The notes beneath the pieces are model-generated. The model saw only the letters and a list, made by a program, of their open reading frames with translations, was not told where the DNA came from and made no database searches. Made by a program: the position numbers and the translations under genes. A stretch of 64,000 nucleotides of DNA from Alphaproteobacteria bacterium (GTDB taxonomy: Bacteria; Pseudomonadota; Alphaproteobacteria; Bin95): positions 1,792,001 to 1,856,000 of the forward strand of contig OZ219787.1 of NCBI GenBank assembly GCA_964291285.2. Reading direction: 5' to 3'. Shown here piece by piece: positions 50,209 through 59,282 of the stretch; position 1 is the stretch's first letter, and every line of letters starts with the position of its first letter.

Positions 50209-51602
50209 ATGATCGTTCCCATTCACGGACCCGCGGCGAACGCCAGCGCCACCATGCTGCTGGCCGAGAAGCCGGTGACGTTGAAGAACGGCTTCAGGGT
50301 GCGCCAGATCCGCCGCCTGCTCGACAACGGCCGTCAGGTTCCGCTGGTCACCACCGATCCGCACAAGCCGGTGGCGGAGGCCGCAGGCGCCTTGTTCTCG
50401 CGCTGGTCGCAGGAAAACTTCTTCAAATACATGCGCGACGAGTTCAATCTCGACGCCCTGCCGACCCACGAGATCGAGCCTCTCGCTGCCGATACCATGG
50501 TCGTCAGCCCGCTGCGGCGGGCCTACGACAAGGCAATCCGCCGCCTCGACCACCAGCTTGGCCGCCTGCGCAACCGCATCGCCGACGCCGCCCACAGGAA
50601 GCAGCCGACGGGCGAACTCAAGAGGGAACTCAGGGACCTCGAGGGCGGCCGTGAGATTGTCAGATCCAGCCGCAGGGAGGTGCCCACGCACTGCCGGGCC
50701 GGCGACCTCGACGAAGCCGGACAGCTCAATGCCTTGCCCTCACGCGAGCGCCTCCTACTCGACATCATCCGCATGATCGCCTACCGCGCTGAAACCCGCT
50801 TGATGCTTCCCGTCATGCAGGCGCAGGGCCACAAGCCCCACCCACGGAAACTGCTTCAGGCACTCTTCACCGCCGATGCCGACATCCTGCCGGACCCTGC
50901 CAACGGCGTCCTGCGGGTCCGCATTCTCGGCCTCGCAAATGACGCCTGCGACCGCCAGATCAAGCCTCTTCTGGCCGAACTCAACGCCACCGAAACGCAC
51001 TTCCCCGGCAACCGTATGCGCATGGTCTACGAGGTCGGCATAACCCCAAAATCCGCGCGCACCGGTGCCAAACAAAATTAGCAGAGGTCAGGAAGTCTGA
51101 ACCTCAAGCGCCATCAGACGCGCGGCCGTGAACCCGATCATCTCGCGAAGCAGATCGGCGTCGGAACTCTTCTCCAACAGCGCCCGCAGGGTCATCATGT
51201 CGGTGGTGGTCATCGTGGTACTCCTCCGGTCGGATGGACTGTGGAAGCCCAACCCTACCGGCACCGCGATGGTCATCCGCTATGGATAAGTGGCCCGCCG
51301 CCGCCAGACTCCAGACGGTCGCGGCGGCGGGCCACTTACCCACAGCTACCGATGGTGGCTCCAGCTCCTACACCACGCCTGGGGGCACGACCGACGCCTC
51401 GGGAGCAGTGCTTTGGCGGGGTGGGGTTTTTGTGCGCCCGATCCCCAACCATTTTCACGGCAAAACGTCCAATTCAACCCGCCCACCTTGAATCAGAAAC
51501 CGAACCGGAAGGGAAGCCTCTTCGTATCCGTTCGGGTTCCGGGGGATGAGGATTGGGTTATCCGCTTGTCGGCATTTTCACACCGGGGCGACGGTTGTGC
51601 TT

Positions 51603-52484
51603 CTACCGATTGAGGGTGCGTTGCCAGTCTTTTCGCAGTGTGCGGAGCCAGATGTCCTTTTTCGGCTGGTCTCGTTTGTTGTGCCTGTCGTAGCGTCCCC
51701 GGCCCTGGGTGGTCCCGACGCGGGTCCAGCCCGATGCGCGGTATACGGCACCGGTGTAGCGGGGCGTTTCGACGAAGGTCTCGATGAGCACCGGCGTGAT
51801 GTTGTAGCGCCCGGTCCAGTCGATGGGCAGGCGGCGGCGCACGATGGCGAGGATGTGCGAGCCGAGGTTGGGGATCTCGATCCAGGGCAGGATCAGGAAG
51901 CGCGGGTTGTCGACGACGAGAGGAAGGTTCTTTTCGCGCAGTTCGGGCGTCCATCCGATGAAGCGGTCGCGCGGGGCGAGCTTCCATGCGGCGGTGGAGA
52001 AGCCGAGCATGGCGACGGGCCAGCCGTTGCGGTCGTGGACGGCATAGCGCATCTGGGCGCCGACCAGTGTCTTGTGTCCGAGATAGTGGTAGCGGGCGAT
52101 GAACTCGTTCCAGAGCCTGCCTTCGCGGGTGCTGTGCACGACGGTGCGGAAGTCGAGCGGGCGGACCTCGTCGAGGGTCGTGGGCGCCGGGAACAGCGGC
52201 GGTTCGGTGTCGGGTCCGAACTGGACCGGCCTGGGCCGGTGCTGCCGCCCCCTCGGCGGCGGCAGCTCGATGAGCCCGTCCTTGTGCATGGCGAGCATGG
52301 CGACACGGGCCATCATGTCCTTCAGTCCGCCGTCGGGCTTGAGCCAGCCGATGCGCCGGCAGAACTCGATCGACAGGGCGCGGCGGGAGAGCGGGGCGGG
52401 ATCGGCGATCAGGGCACGCAGCAGCGCCATTTCATCTTCGGTGAAGTCGCGCCCGTAATAGCGACACTCGACCGCGCCGGTCAT
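51603..52484 (-). CDS. DUF4338 (DruA-like) domain protein
   Basis: WNEFIARYHYLG, LAPRDRFIGW, NPRFLILPW, ETFVE...YRASGW...GTTQGRGR. Confidence 0.82.
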   Translation of the reverse strand: MTGAVECRYYGRDFTEDEMALLRALIADPAPLSRRALSIEFCRRIGWLKPDGGLKDMMARVAMLAMHKDGLIELPPPRGRQHRPRPVQFGPDTEPPLFPAPTTLDEVRPLDFRTVVHSTREGRLWNEFIARYHYLGHKTLVGAQMRYAVHDRNGWPVAMLGFSTAAWKLAPRDRFIGWTPELREKNLPLVVDNPRFLILPWIEIPNLGSHILAIVRRRLPIDWTGRYNITPVLIETFVETPRYTGAVYRASGWTRVGTTQGRGRYDRHNKRDQPKKDIWLRTLRKDWQRTLNR

Positions 52485-54646
52485 CCCGCCGCCGCGAGTT
52501 CGCGCCGGCGCGCCTCGCTCATCGACCACGGCAGCCAGGGCGAGAGGTCTTCCGGCGGCTCGCCGCCGTTCTCCGCGCACGCGGTCAGCCATTCACCGAG
52601 CCAGCGCCGGACGTCGATGCCGTTGATCGCCAGCGTGCCGGCCACCGAGTACATCGTTGCCGTGAACCCGGCGCCTTTCTCGCTGTCGGAGCCGAACGAG
52701 AGCCGTCGCCCGATGACCGCGAAGCGCAGGGAGAGTTCGCCGCGGTTGTTGTCCATGGGCACGAACGGCTTGTCGACGAAGACGCACAGCCCCTCGCGGT
52801 GCTTGAGGAGCGAGCGCAGCGGCCTGGCCCTGCGCGCCCTGTCCGTCAGCCCGGCCAGTTCCGCTTCGGCGGCCGCGAACAGCTCGTCGACCGCCTTCTT
52901 CAGCCTGGCGTGCGCGACGTCGAACGCCGGCGTCTGGCGTTCGAGAGGGTGAGCGGGGTCGTAATGCTCCAGCCGCGCCTCGTTGAGCCGGTAGATCTCC
53001 GCGATCCGCTCGATCCATCTCTGGCACCAGCGCCTGAGCCGCACCCGCCCGGCCGCGCCGTCGATGAACGAGCGCCTTTGGTGCGCCCAGCACCATTGCA
53101 GGATCACCTTGCCGGCGAGTTCGCGGGCCAGCTTTCTGTAGGCGCTGAACCGGTCGCAGACCAGAACCACGATGCCCTGTGTCGAACCGAACAGCTTCAT
53201 CGCGACCTCGGCGCTGCGCGAGGGATCGATGTGGTAATAGACCGCGTCCGGGCTCACCGAGGTCCACAGCCAGGCGCGGCTCGACCGGCCTTTCTCGCGC
53301 CAGGCCTGAACGCGCCAGGATGTTTCGTCGGCATGGCGCAGGGCCGCGGTGTTCTGGTGCGCAAGGATCGCCTCGGCCAGCGGCTCGAACAGCGGCACGA
53401 AGCGCTTGATGCTGTCGGCCAGGGTGCCCGGCGAGATCGTCAGCCCCATGTCGGCCAGCCAGGCCGCGACCCGATGCAGCGGCCGGCAGCAGACGAACCG
53501 TTCGTAGAGCATGCACGTCCAGACGCTGATCCCGTAAGGCGTGGTCTCGAACAGTCGCACCGCCGGCGGCGCGGTCACCTCCCGCGGCGCGGAGGCGCAG
53601 TCGCAAGCCCGGCGCCAGCGCGACCGGACGATGGTGCGCTCGCAGGCCTCGACATCGATCTCGAAGAGGGTGGTGCGCCGCTCGCCGTTGGCGACATAGG
53701 GCTTGCCGCAACGCGGGCAGATCCGCGCATCTTCCGGCGGGTCGCGCGTCTCCTTCTTCTTCCTGAGCCCGGGGCGCCGGGTGCGGCCGTGCCCGGCGGT
53801 GCCGCGCTGCTGGCCGCGCTCGCGCCCGGTGCCCGGCTTCTTCTGCCGCTCGCTCCTGCTGCCGTAGAGCGCCTTCGACAGGACGCTGCGGGTCGAGCGC
53901 AGCTTGTCGAGGTCGCCTTCCAGCTTCTCGACCCGCGCGGCCAGCGCGGCATTCTCGCCCTTCAGATCCCGCACCTCGGCGCGCAGCCCGGCATTCTTCT
54001 CCCGCAGCGACCCGATCAGCTCCGTGGCCCGCACGACCGCCGCCCGCAGCCGGTCGTTGCGCGCGCGCAGCCACGCGATCGTGCCCTCCCCGGCCTTCAC
54101 CAGCCGCCTGGCCGCGGCGAGATGCCGGTCGAACCGCCTGCGCAGAGATTCGGCCACGCGCTCGCCCTCGCGGTGTACCTTCGCGAGCCGCGAGCGCTCC
54201 CGGTCGATGTCCTGCTTCAACCAGTTGATCTCGTCCCGGTGGCGCGCCTCGACCCGCTCCCGGTGCTCGTGAGACCGGCGCAACGAGAGGTAAAGACCGG
54301 CGATCTCGTCGTCCTGATACTCGACCCTGCGCTCCAACGCCTTCATGGCCCGCGACGCGGTCCTGGTTACGGCCAACTTGAGCTTGAACCGGCAAGTCTC
54401 AAGCTGCCTCTCCAGAGAACGCACGCGCGTACAGGCGTCCCTCTCCGACCAGCGCAGTTCCTCGCGGCGCAACTCCGCCACGCGTGCGCGACCCCGTTCC
54501 TCCTCGATCCGCGCCTCTGCCTCTTCAAGCACAGACGCCCAGTCGAGCGGCTCGCACGCCGGCATCACCATGGGAGGCGACCACAAGGTGTCGCCCCCCT
54601 CGGCCAGCGTCAGGTCGGTGCAGAAATCCGCGTCGAAAACCGCCAT
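52481..54646 (-). CDS. tnpC: IS66 transposase with long N-terminal coiled coil
   Basis: YGSRSE, CPRCG, HADETSW, CDRFSAY, CWAHQRR, PMDNNRGE. Confidence 0.92.
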   Translation of the reverse strand: MAVFDADFCTDLTLAEGGDTLWSPPMVMPACEPLDWASVLEEAEARIEEERGRARVAELRREELRWSERDACTRVRSLERQLETCRFKLKLAVTRTASRAMKALERRVEYQDDEIAGLYLSLRRSHEHRERVEARHRDEINWLKQDIDRERSRLAKVHREGERVAESLRRRFDRHLAAARRLVKAGEGTIAWLRARNDRLRAAVVRATELIGSLREKNAGLRAEVRDLKGENAALAARVEKLEGDLDKLRSTRSVLSKALYGSRSERQKKPGTGRERGQQRGTAGHGRTRRPGLRKKKETRDPPEDARICPRCGKPYVANGERRTTLFEIDVEACERTIVRSRWRRACDCASAPREVTAPPAVRLFETTPYGISVWTCMLYERFVCCRPLHRVAAWLADMGLTISPGTLADSIKRFVPLFEPLAEAILAHQNTAALRHADETSWRVQAWREKGRSSRAWLWTSVSPDAVYYHIDPSRSAEVAMKLFGSTQGIVVLVCDRFSAYRKLARELAGKVILQWCWAHQRRSFIDGAAGRVRLRRWCQRWIERIAEIYRLNEARLEHYDPAHPLERQTPAFDVAHARLKKAVDELFAAAEAELAGLTDRARRARPLRSLLKHREGLCVFVDKPFVPMDNNRGELSLRFAVIGRRLSFGSDSEKGAGFTATMYSVAGTLAINGIDVRRWLGEWLTACAENGGEPPEDLSPWLPWSMSEARRRELAAAG

Positions 54647-55057
54647 GCGCGAGACCGTAGCGCATGCGCGAAGTAGTTACCAGTCAGAAAATCCGTGGAG
54701 GCATACGATCCCCCGGAACCCGAACGGATACGCCTCTTCATGAGTCAAAAACCAGCACCGCTGGTATGACTCGTCGCGATATCGAATATTTTTAATCGTC
54801 ATTGTTGAGGCGTGTGCGCTGTTTGGAAGTTCTTTCTGAGCAAGGCATTGCGGAGGGTCTGGATTTTTCTTACCCCGTCAGGATGGCTGATTTCCGGGGT
54901 TTTTGCGGTTTGGAGGGAAAGGTTTTGTGGATTTCCACCCCATGGCCGTGCGCGGGCTGGTTTTCGGGCGCGTCGCGTTGAGGCGCGGGACTGAGTAGAA
55001 GGTGTCGCCATCGGGCCTGCGGCCCTTGTTCCATCCACCGGCGCTGGTTGGGAGAAC

Positions 55058-56536
55058 ATGATGGCGACAGCGGAGAAGTTAGCCTTTTCGTGGTGGTCTG
55101 TGGAGGGCCTTGCGGACCTTGAGCGTCTGCGTGTGGTGCTCGACACGCTTCCCGACGAGAAGGTTGTGGCTGCGCTTGAGGCGGGTCGCGGTCGCGGGCG
55201 GAACGACTATCCGGTACGGGCGATGTGGCGTGCGTTGATCGCGGGGATCGTGTTCCAGCATGCCTCGATGCAGTCGCTGCTGCGTGAGCTGGGCCGCAAC
55301 CCGGCATTGCTTGAGATTTGCGGGTTCGAGGCGCTGCCCTTGCAGGGTGCGCCGGTGGTGGCGCTTTGCGCGGGGCGGGTGGTGAGGTATCCGGCGCCGT
55401 TGCGCTCGACGGTGCCGGGCGCCTGGAACTTCTCGCGGTTCCTGGGGCGCGTGGTGCGCCTTGAGGACGAGCGCGGCCTTGTGTCGGGGATGATCGGGCG
55501 TCTGCGCGCCTCGCTGTTCGAGGAGTTGCCGGACTTCGGTCGCCATCTCGGGTATGACGGCAAGGCGGTGGCGAGCCACTCGACGGGCCGGGTTGCCGGG
55601 GCCAGGGGGCAGACCTCGGACCCCGATGCGGACTGGGGCAGGCACGAGACGGGCGGGGTGAACGCGAAGACCGGCGCGGTGTGGAAGAAGGTGAAGTCGT
55701 GGTTCGGCTACGGGCTGCACCTGATCGCCGACACGGACCACGAGGTTCCTGTGGCCTTCGAGGTGACGCGGGCGTCGGCATCGGAACCCGGGGTGCTGTC
55801 CGGGATGCTGGAGGAGTTGTTCGCCGAGGCGCCGGAGATGGCCGGGCGCTGCGCCGATTTCAGCGCCGACCGCGGTCTCGACAACGCCCGCCTGAAGGCG
55901 CGGTTGTGGGACAGGTGGCATATCCGCCCGCTGATCGACACGCGCCTGATGTGGCGGGTCGAGAAGAAGGAGCCGGGCCATGACCCGGCCCGGCCGATCA
56001 CGCGACCGCTGTTCCCCGGGCGCGCCGACGTCATCGTTCATGACGAACGCGGCCGGGTGTCCTGCGTGTGCCCGCAGACCGGCGAGGTCCGCGCCATGGC
56101 CTTCCAGGGGTTCGAGGTCGGGCGCGGCGTCTGCGGCACGCTCAAATACCGCTGCCCCGCAGCCGCCTTCGGCTTCGAGTGCAAGGGACGCCGGGCCTGC
56201 CATCGGGCGGGTGGGGTGAAGTCCGGCGAATACGGCCGCATCCTGCGCGTCGATCTCGACAGCCATGACCGGCGCCTCTTCACGCCCACGCCCTGGGGCA
56301 GCCCGTCATGGCGGCGCGGATACAACCGGCGCACGGCCATGGAGCGGATCAACGCCCGCCTCGACCGCAGCTTCAACTTCGAGACCCACTACATCCGCGG
56401 TCGCGCGAAGATGAAGACCCGCATCGGGCTGGCCCTGGCGGTCATGATGGCCATGGCGCTTGCACAGGCCCGCGCCGGACGCGTCGCACGCATGCGCTCC
56501 CTGGTCGGCCCGGCGCCATACCTCGATACCGGCTGA
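55058..56536 (+). CDS. DDE transposase (IS5/IS1182-like), 492 aa
   Basis: YDGKAV, SDPDADWG, WFGYGLHLIAD, ADRGLD, RTAMERINARLD. Confidence 0.92.
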   Translation: MMATAEKLAFSWWSVEGLADLERLRVVLDTLPDEKVVAALEAGRGRGRNDYPVRAMWRALIAGIVFQHASMQSLLRELGRNPALLEICGFEALPLQGAPVVALCAGRVVRYPAPLRSTVPGAWNFSRFLGRVVRLEDERGLVSGMIGRLRASLFEELPDFGRHLGYDGKAVASHSTGRVAGARGQTSDPDADWGRHETGGVNAKTGAVWKKVKSWFGYGLHLIADTDHEVPVAFEVTRASASEPGVLSGMLEELFAEAPEMAGRCADFSADRGLDNARLKARLWDRWHIRPLIDTRLMWRVEKKEPGHDPARPITRPLFPGRADVIVHDERGRVSCVCPQTGEVRAMAFQGFEVGRGVCGTLKYRCPAAAFGFECKGRRACHRAGGVKSGEYGRILRVDLDSHDRRLFTPTPWGSPSWRRGYNRRTAMERINARLDRSFNFETHYIRGRAKMKTRIGLALAVMMAMALAQARAGRVARMRSLVGPAPYLDTG

Positions 56537-56721
56537 CCCCTCAGCCGGCCGCCGACAACGCTGATCCAACCCGCCGGACCCCGGCATACGGACAAACGCG
56601 ACCGAAGGCCGGCGATGCTGCCGGGCTGGGCCGCTCAAGTTCGAAAAGCAACCGCGGCGACCGCCTCGAACGCCGGAACAAACAACATCAACGTAAGCGG
56701 TGCGGGGGAGGCACCCGGCTT

Positions 56722-58341
56722 TCAGCTTGACGGCGTCTGGAAGTTCCAGGGCAGGAGTTCGTCGATGCGGCTGTTGGGATGACCTGCCGCGATCTTTTCG
56801 AGCGTGATCTTGAGCCAGGCGTAGGGCTCGACACCGTTCATCTTCGCCGTCTCGATGAGCGAGCCGATGCGGCCCCAGGAGCGCGCGCCCTCGTCGTGGC
56901 CGGCGAACAACGCATTTTTCGCGGTGAGCTTGATCGGCCGGATCCGATTTTCGACGAAGTTGCTGTCCATCTCGACGCGCCCGTCGTGCAGGAAGACCAG
57001 CAGCCCGTCCCACTGGTTGGCGATGTAGGTCAACTTCTCGCCGAGGCGGGACTTGGGCGAGACGCGCGAGCGCTGCTCGTCGAGCCACACCCCGAAGGCG
57101 TTCACCAGCGGCGCGGACCCGGTCCAGCGGACGAACTGGCGCGTCGCCGGCTCCTCACCCCGGATCCTGTCCTCGATCCTGTAGAGCTGCGCGATGCGCT
57201 CCAGTCCGGCCTTCGCGATCGGCGAGCGGCTGCTGTCGAACACCGTCTCAAGGCCGCGCCTGGCGTGTGCCCAACAGGCACAGAGCGTCAGCGCCCCGCC
57301 CGGGCGATCCGCCCGGCCGAGCCGGTTGTGGCCGGCATAGCCGTCGACCTGCACCGATCCCTGGAAGCCCTCGAGGAGCTTCTCGCCATGCTTGCCGCTG
57401 CGCCCGGGCGCATACTCATACGCCACCCCCGGCGGGTCCGCCCCGGACCAGGCCCGCTGGTCGCGCACCATGGTCCACAGATAGCCGGTTTTGGTCTTGC
57501 CCCGGCCCGGGTCGAGAACCCGAACCGTGGTTTCGTCCAGACCCAGGGTGCTCGACGTCTTCAGCGCCGTCTTCAGGCGCTCATACACGGGGCGCAAGTG
57601 GAACGCCGCCTTGCCGACCCAGCCGGCCAGCGTCGAGCGGTCCAGTTGCAGCCCCGAGCGGGCATAGATCCGGGCCTGGCGGTACAGCGGAAGGTGGTCG
57701 GCATATTTGGAGATCAGGACATGGGCGATGGCGCCTTCGGTCGGCAGCCCACCCTCGATCAGCCGCGCCGGCGCCGGCGCCTGGGTAACGCCTTCCTCGC
57801 ACTTGCGGCAGGCGTATTTCGGGCGCACCGTGACGATCACCCGCAACTGCGCCGGCACGATGTCGAGCCTCTCGGCGCGGTCCTCGCCGATCTTCACCAT
57901 CTCCCCGCAGCCGCAGGGGCACAGCGTGCTCTCCGGCTCGATCACCTGCTCGATCCGTTCCAGGTGCTCCGGCAAATGGCCGAGATTGCGCTCCGGGCGG
58001 GGCTTCCTCGGTGCGCGCGGCGGCGACGGATTGTCGGCCGCGGCCTGTGCTTCCCCCTCCGCAGACGCGCCCTCCAGCTCCTCGAACGCCAGCTGGCGCT
58101 CGTCCGCCGACAGCTTCTCCGACCTCTTGCCATACACAAGGCGGACCAGTTCGAGGTTCAGATGCTCCAGACGGCGGATGCGCGCCGACAGCGCCTCATT
58201 CTCACCCGCGAGGCAGACCTTCTCTTCCGTCAGCGTCCTGTTCTCGGTGCGAAGCGTCTCCAGCGCCGCAAGCGCCTGCCTCGCAGCAGACGCCTGTTCG
58301 GGCGTCAGCGTGTCGAGGTCCATCTCCGCAAGCGCTGCCAT
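56722..58341 (-). CDS. tnpC: IS66 transposase
   Basis: YGKRSEK, KYADHLPLYRQ, LDETT, CWAHARR, LLPWN. Confidence 0.95.
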   Translation of the reverse strand: MAALAEMDLDTLTPEQASAARQALAALETLRTENRTLTEEKVCLAGENEALSARIRRLEHLNLELVRLVYGKRSEKLSADERQLAFEELEGASAEGEAQAAADNPSPPRAPRKPRPERNLGHLPEHLERIEQVIEPESTLCPCGCGEMVKIGEDRAERLDIVPAQLRVIVTVRPKYACRKCEEGVTQAPAPARLIEGGLPTEGAIAHVLISKYADHLPLYRQARIYARSGLQLDRSTLAGWVGKAAFHLRPVYERLKTALKTSSTLGLDETTVRVLDPGRGKTKTGYLWTMVRDQRAWSGADPPGVAYEYAPGRSGKHGEKLLEGFQGSVQVDGYAGHNRLGRADRPGGALTLCACWAHARRGLETVFDSSRSPIAKAGLERIAQLYRIEDRIRGEEPATRQFVRWTGSAPLVNAFGVWLDEQRSRVSPKSRLGEKLTYIANQWDGLLVFLHDGRVEMDSNFVENRIRPIKLTAKNALFAGHDEGARSWGRIGSLIETAKMNGVEPYAWLKITLEKIAAGHPNSRIDELLPWNFQTPSS

Positions 58342-58392
58342 GGCCCGCTCGATAGCACAGTGTCGGGGAGCCGGGGGCCCCGATCCGCTGAG

Positions 58393-58746
58393 TCATTCCG
58401 CCTCAGCCGGGGCCCGGACGGACAGCGCCCGAACACGACGCCAGTCCAGCCCGCAGAACAGCGCCTCGAACTGTGCATGGTTCAGCGTCATGACACCGTC
58501 GCGGATCGCAGGCCACACGAAGCCCTGATCCTCCAGACGCTTGTAGACCATCACCAACCCGGTCCCGTCATGGAAGACGAGCTTCAGCCTGTCGCTTCGT
58601 TTTGCCCTGAAGAGGAAGACCGTTCCCGTGAACGGGTCCTTGCGCAACACGCTCTTCACATGCGCAACAAGGCCGTCGTGCTGCTTCCTGAAGTCCACGG
58701 GCTTCGTCGCAACGACGATCCGCACACGGTTCGATGGGAAGATCAT
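58393..58746 (-). CDS. tnpB: IS66 accessory protein TnpB
   Basis: ATKPVDFRK, FLFRAKRSDRLK, YKRLE. Confidence 0.95.
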   Translation of the reverse strand: MIFPSNRVRIVVATKPVDFRKQHDGLVAHVKSVLRKDPFTGTVFLFRAKRSDRLKLVFHDGTGLVMVYKRLEDQGFVWPAIRDGVMTLNHAQFEALFCGLDWRRVRALSVRAPAEAE

Positions 58747-59129
58747 GACGCCGCGTTCAGCGCAGAAACGATCTCCGCCAACCGTCCCGCCGGCACGGCC
58801 GCGTCCAGACGGACCGTAACCCTGTCCATAACGACTTCCAGACGCGCGCCGCTCGCCTCACCGACACCGCTACCCTCCGCCCGGACAACCAGCGGCGCAA
58901 ACGCCACTTCCGCCGCAGGCAAAACAAGCCGACCTTCCCGCGCCAGGCGACGCCAGCCCGTCAACTGGTTCGCATGGACGCCATGTCTGCGCGCAACCTC
59001 GCGAACCGTCGCACCCGGCTCCAGCGTCTCCGCCACAATCCGCGCCTTCAAATCATCCGGCCAGCGACGACAACCGCCTCCAACCGGAAGCACTTCTACG
59101 CTCCTGAGTGTCTCAACTGAGCCCAACAT
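58743..59129 (-). CDS. tnpA: IS66 TnpA HTH protein
   Basis: RRWPDDLKARIVAE...VARRHGVHANQLTGWRR. Confidence 0.9.
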   Translation of the reverse strand: MLGSVETLRSVEVLPVGGGCRRWPDDLKARIVAETLEPGATVREVARRHGVHANQLTGWRRLAREGRLVLPAAEVAFAPLVVRAEGSGVGEASGARLEVVMDRVTVRLDAAVPAGRLAEIVSALNAAS

Positions 59130-59282
59130 TGTGAAACTCACCTCCTGCTCAAATCACAGAAGGGGAATCCCAAATCACGCCTTCAACTGGAAGGTGGCTC
59201 AGCCGCCCCGCTTACACATCAACACCCGGACCCAACGTCCCATCCGACCGGAAAAACCCCACAGCGCAAATTTCTCACTGTT

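Larger units (their letters stand above)
47045..51081 (+). pseudogene. Roughly 780-aa HTH+DDE-type transposase, frameshift at ~48160 and IS1380 insertion
   Basis: RCPEVKTLRRK, VDGHVKVY, LVFDREGWSP, RWSQENFFKY; rejoins in frame across ATGAT. Confidence 0.8.
46891..51099 (+). mobile_element. Unclassified (ISNCY-like) IS, interrupted by IS1380
   Basis: Perfect 16-bp TIR CAGACTTCCTGACCTC; 5-bp TSD AACCT (46886, 51100). Confidence 0.9.
45797..51213 (-). pseudogene. IS256 transposase split into 51100-51213 and 45797-46885
   Basis: Rejoins in frame as ...LMALEV|EGLAG; [30 protein letters not shown]. Confidence 0.92.
45727..51392 (-). mobile_element. IS256-family element (interrupted)
   Basis: Imperfect TIR GATCGTGTCCCGAGCCGTGGTGTA / TACACCACGCCTGGGGGCACGACC; 8-bp TSD GACGCCTC (45719, 51393). 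Confidence 0.93.
45581..51464 (+). mobile_element. Third copy of the 207-bp mini-element, split by IS256 (45581-45726 plus 51401-51464)
   Basis: Reverse complement of the 42987-43193 unit; ends TTTTCACGG-CAAA. Confidence 0.9.
51524..54731 (-). mobile_element. IS66-family (single tnpC type) element with passenger gene
   Basis: Perfect 24-bp TIR GTATCCGTTCGGGTTCCGGGGGAT; 8-bp TSD GCCTCTTC (51516, 54732). Confidence 0.93.
44503..54766 (-). mobile_element. IS630-family element hosting nested insertions
   Basis: Imperfect TIR TACCAACGGCGCTGGTT (44503) / AACCAGCACCGCTGGTA (ends 54766); left-end pieces at 51465-51523 and 54740-54766. Confidence 0.75.
56693..59215 (-). mobile_element. Canonical three-gene IS66 element
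   Basis: Ends GTAAGCGG / CCGCTTAC; 8-bp TSD ACATCAAC (56685, 59216). Confidence 0.95.
54807..59276 (+). mobile_element. DDE IS copy 2, carrying an IS66 in its 3' non-coding end
   Basis: Same ends as copy 1; flanks ATTGTT / ACTGTT. Confidence 0.9.

Noticed and set aside
51603-52484. Complete Druantia defence system
   Set aside because: No DruE helicase or other dru genes; the gene lies inside an IS66
58393-58746. RNA-guided TnpB nuclease
   Set aside because: This is the unrelated 117-aa IS66 accessory TnpB, with no RuvC or zinc finger
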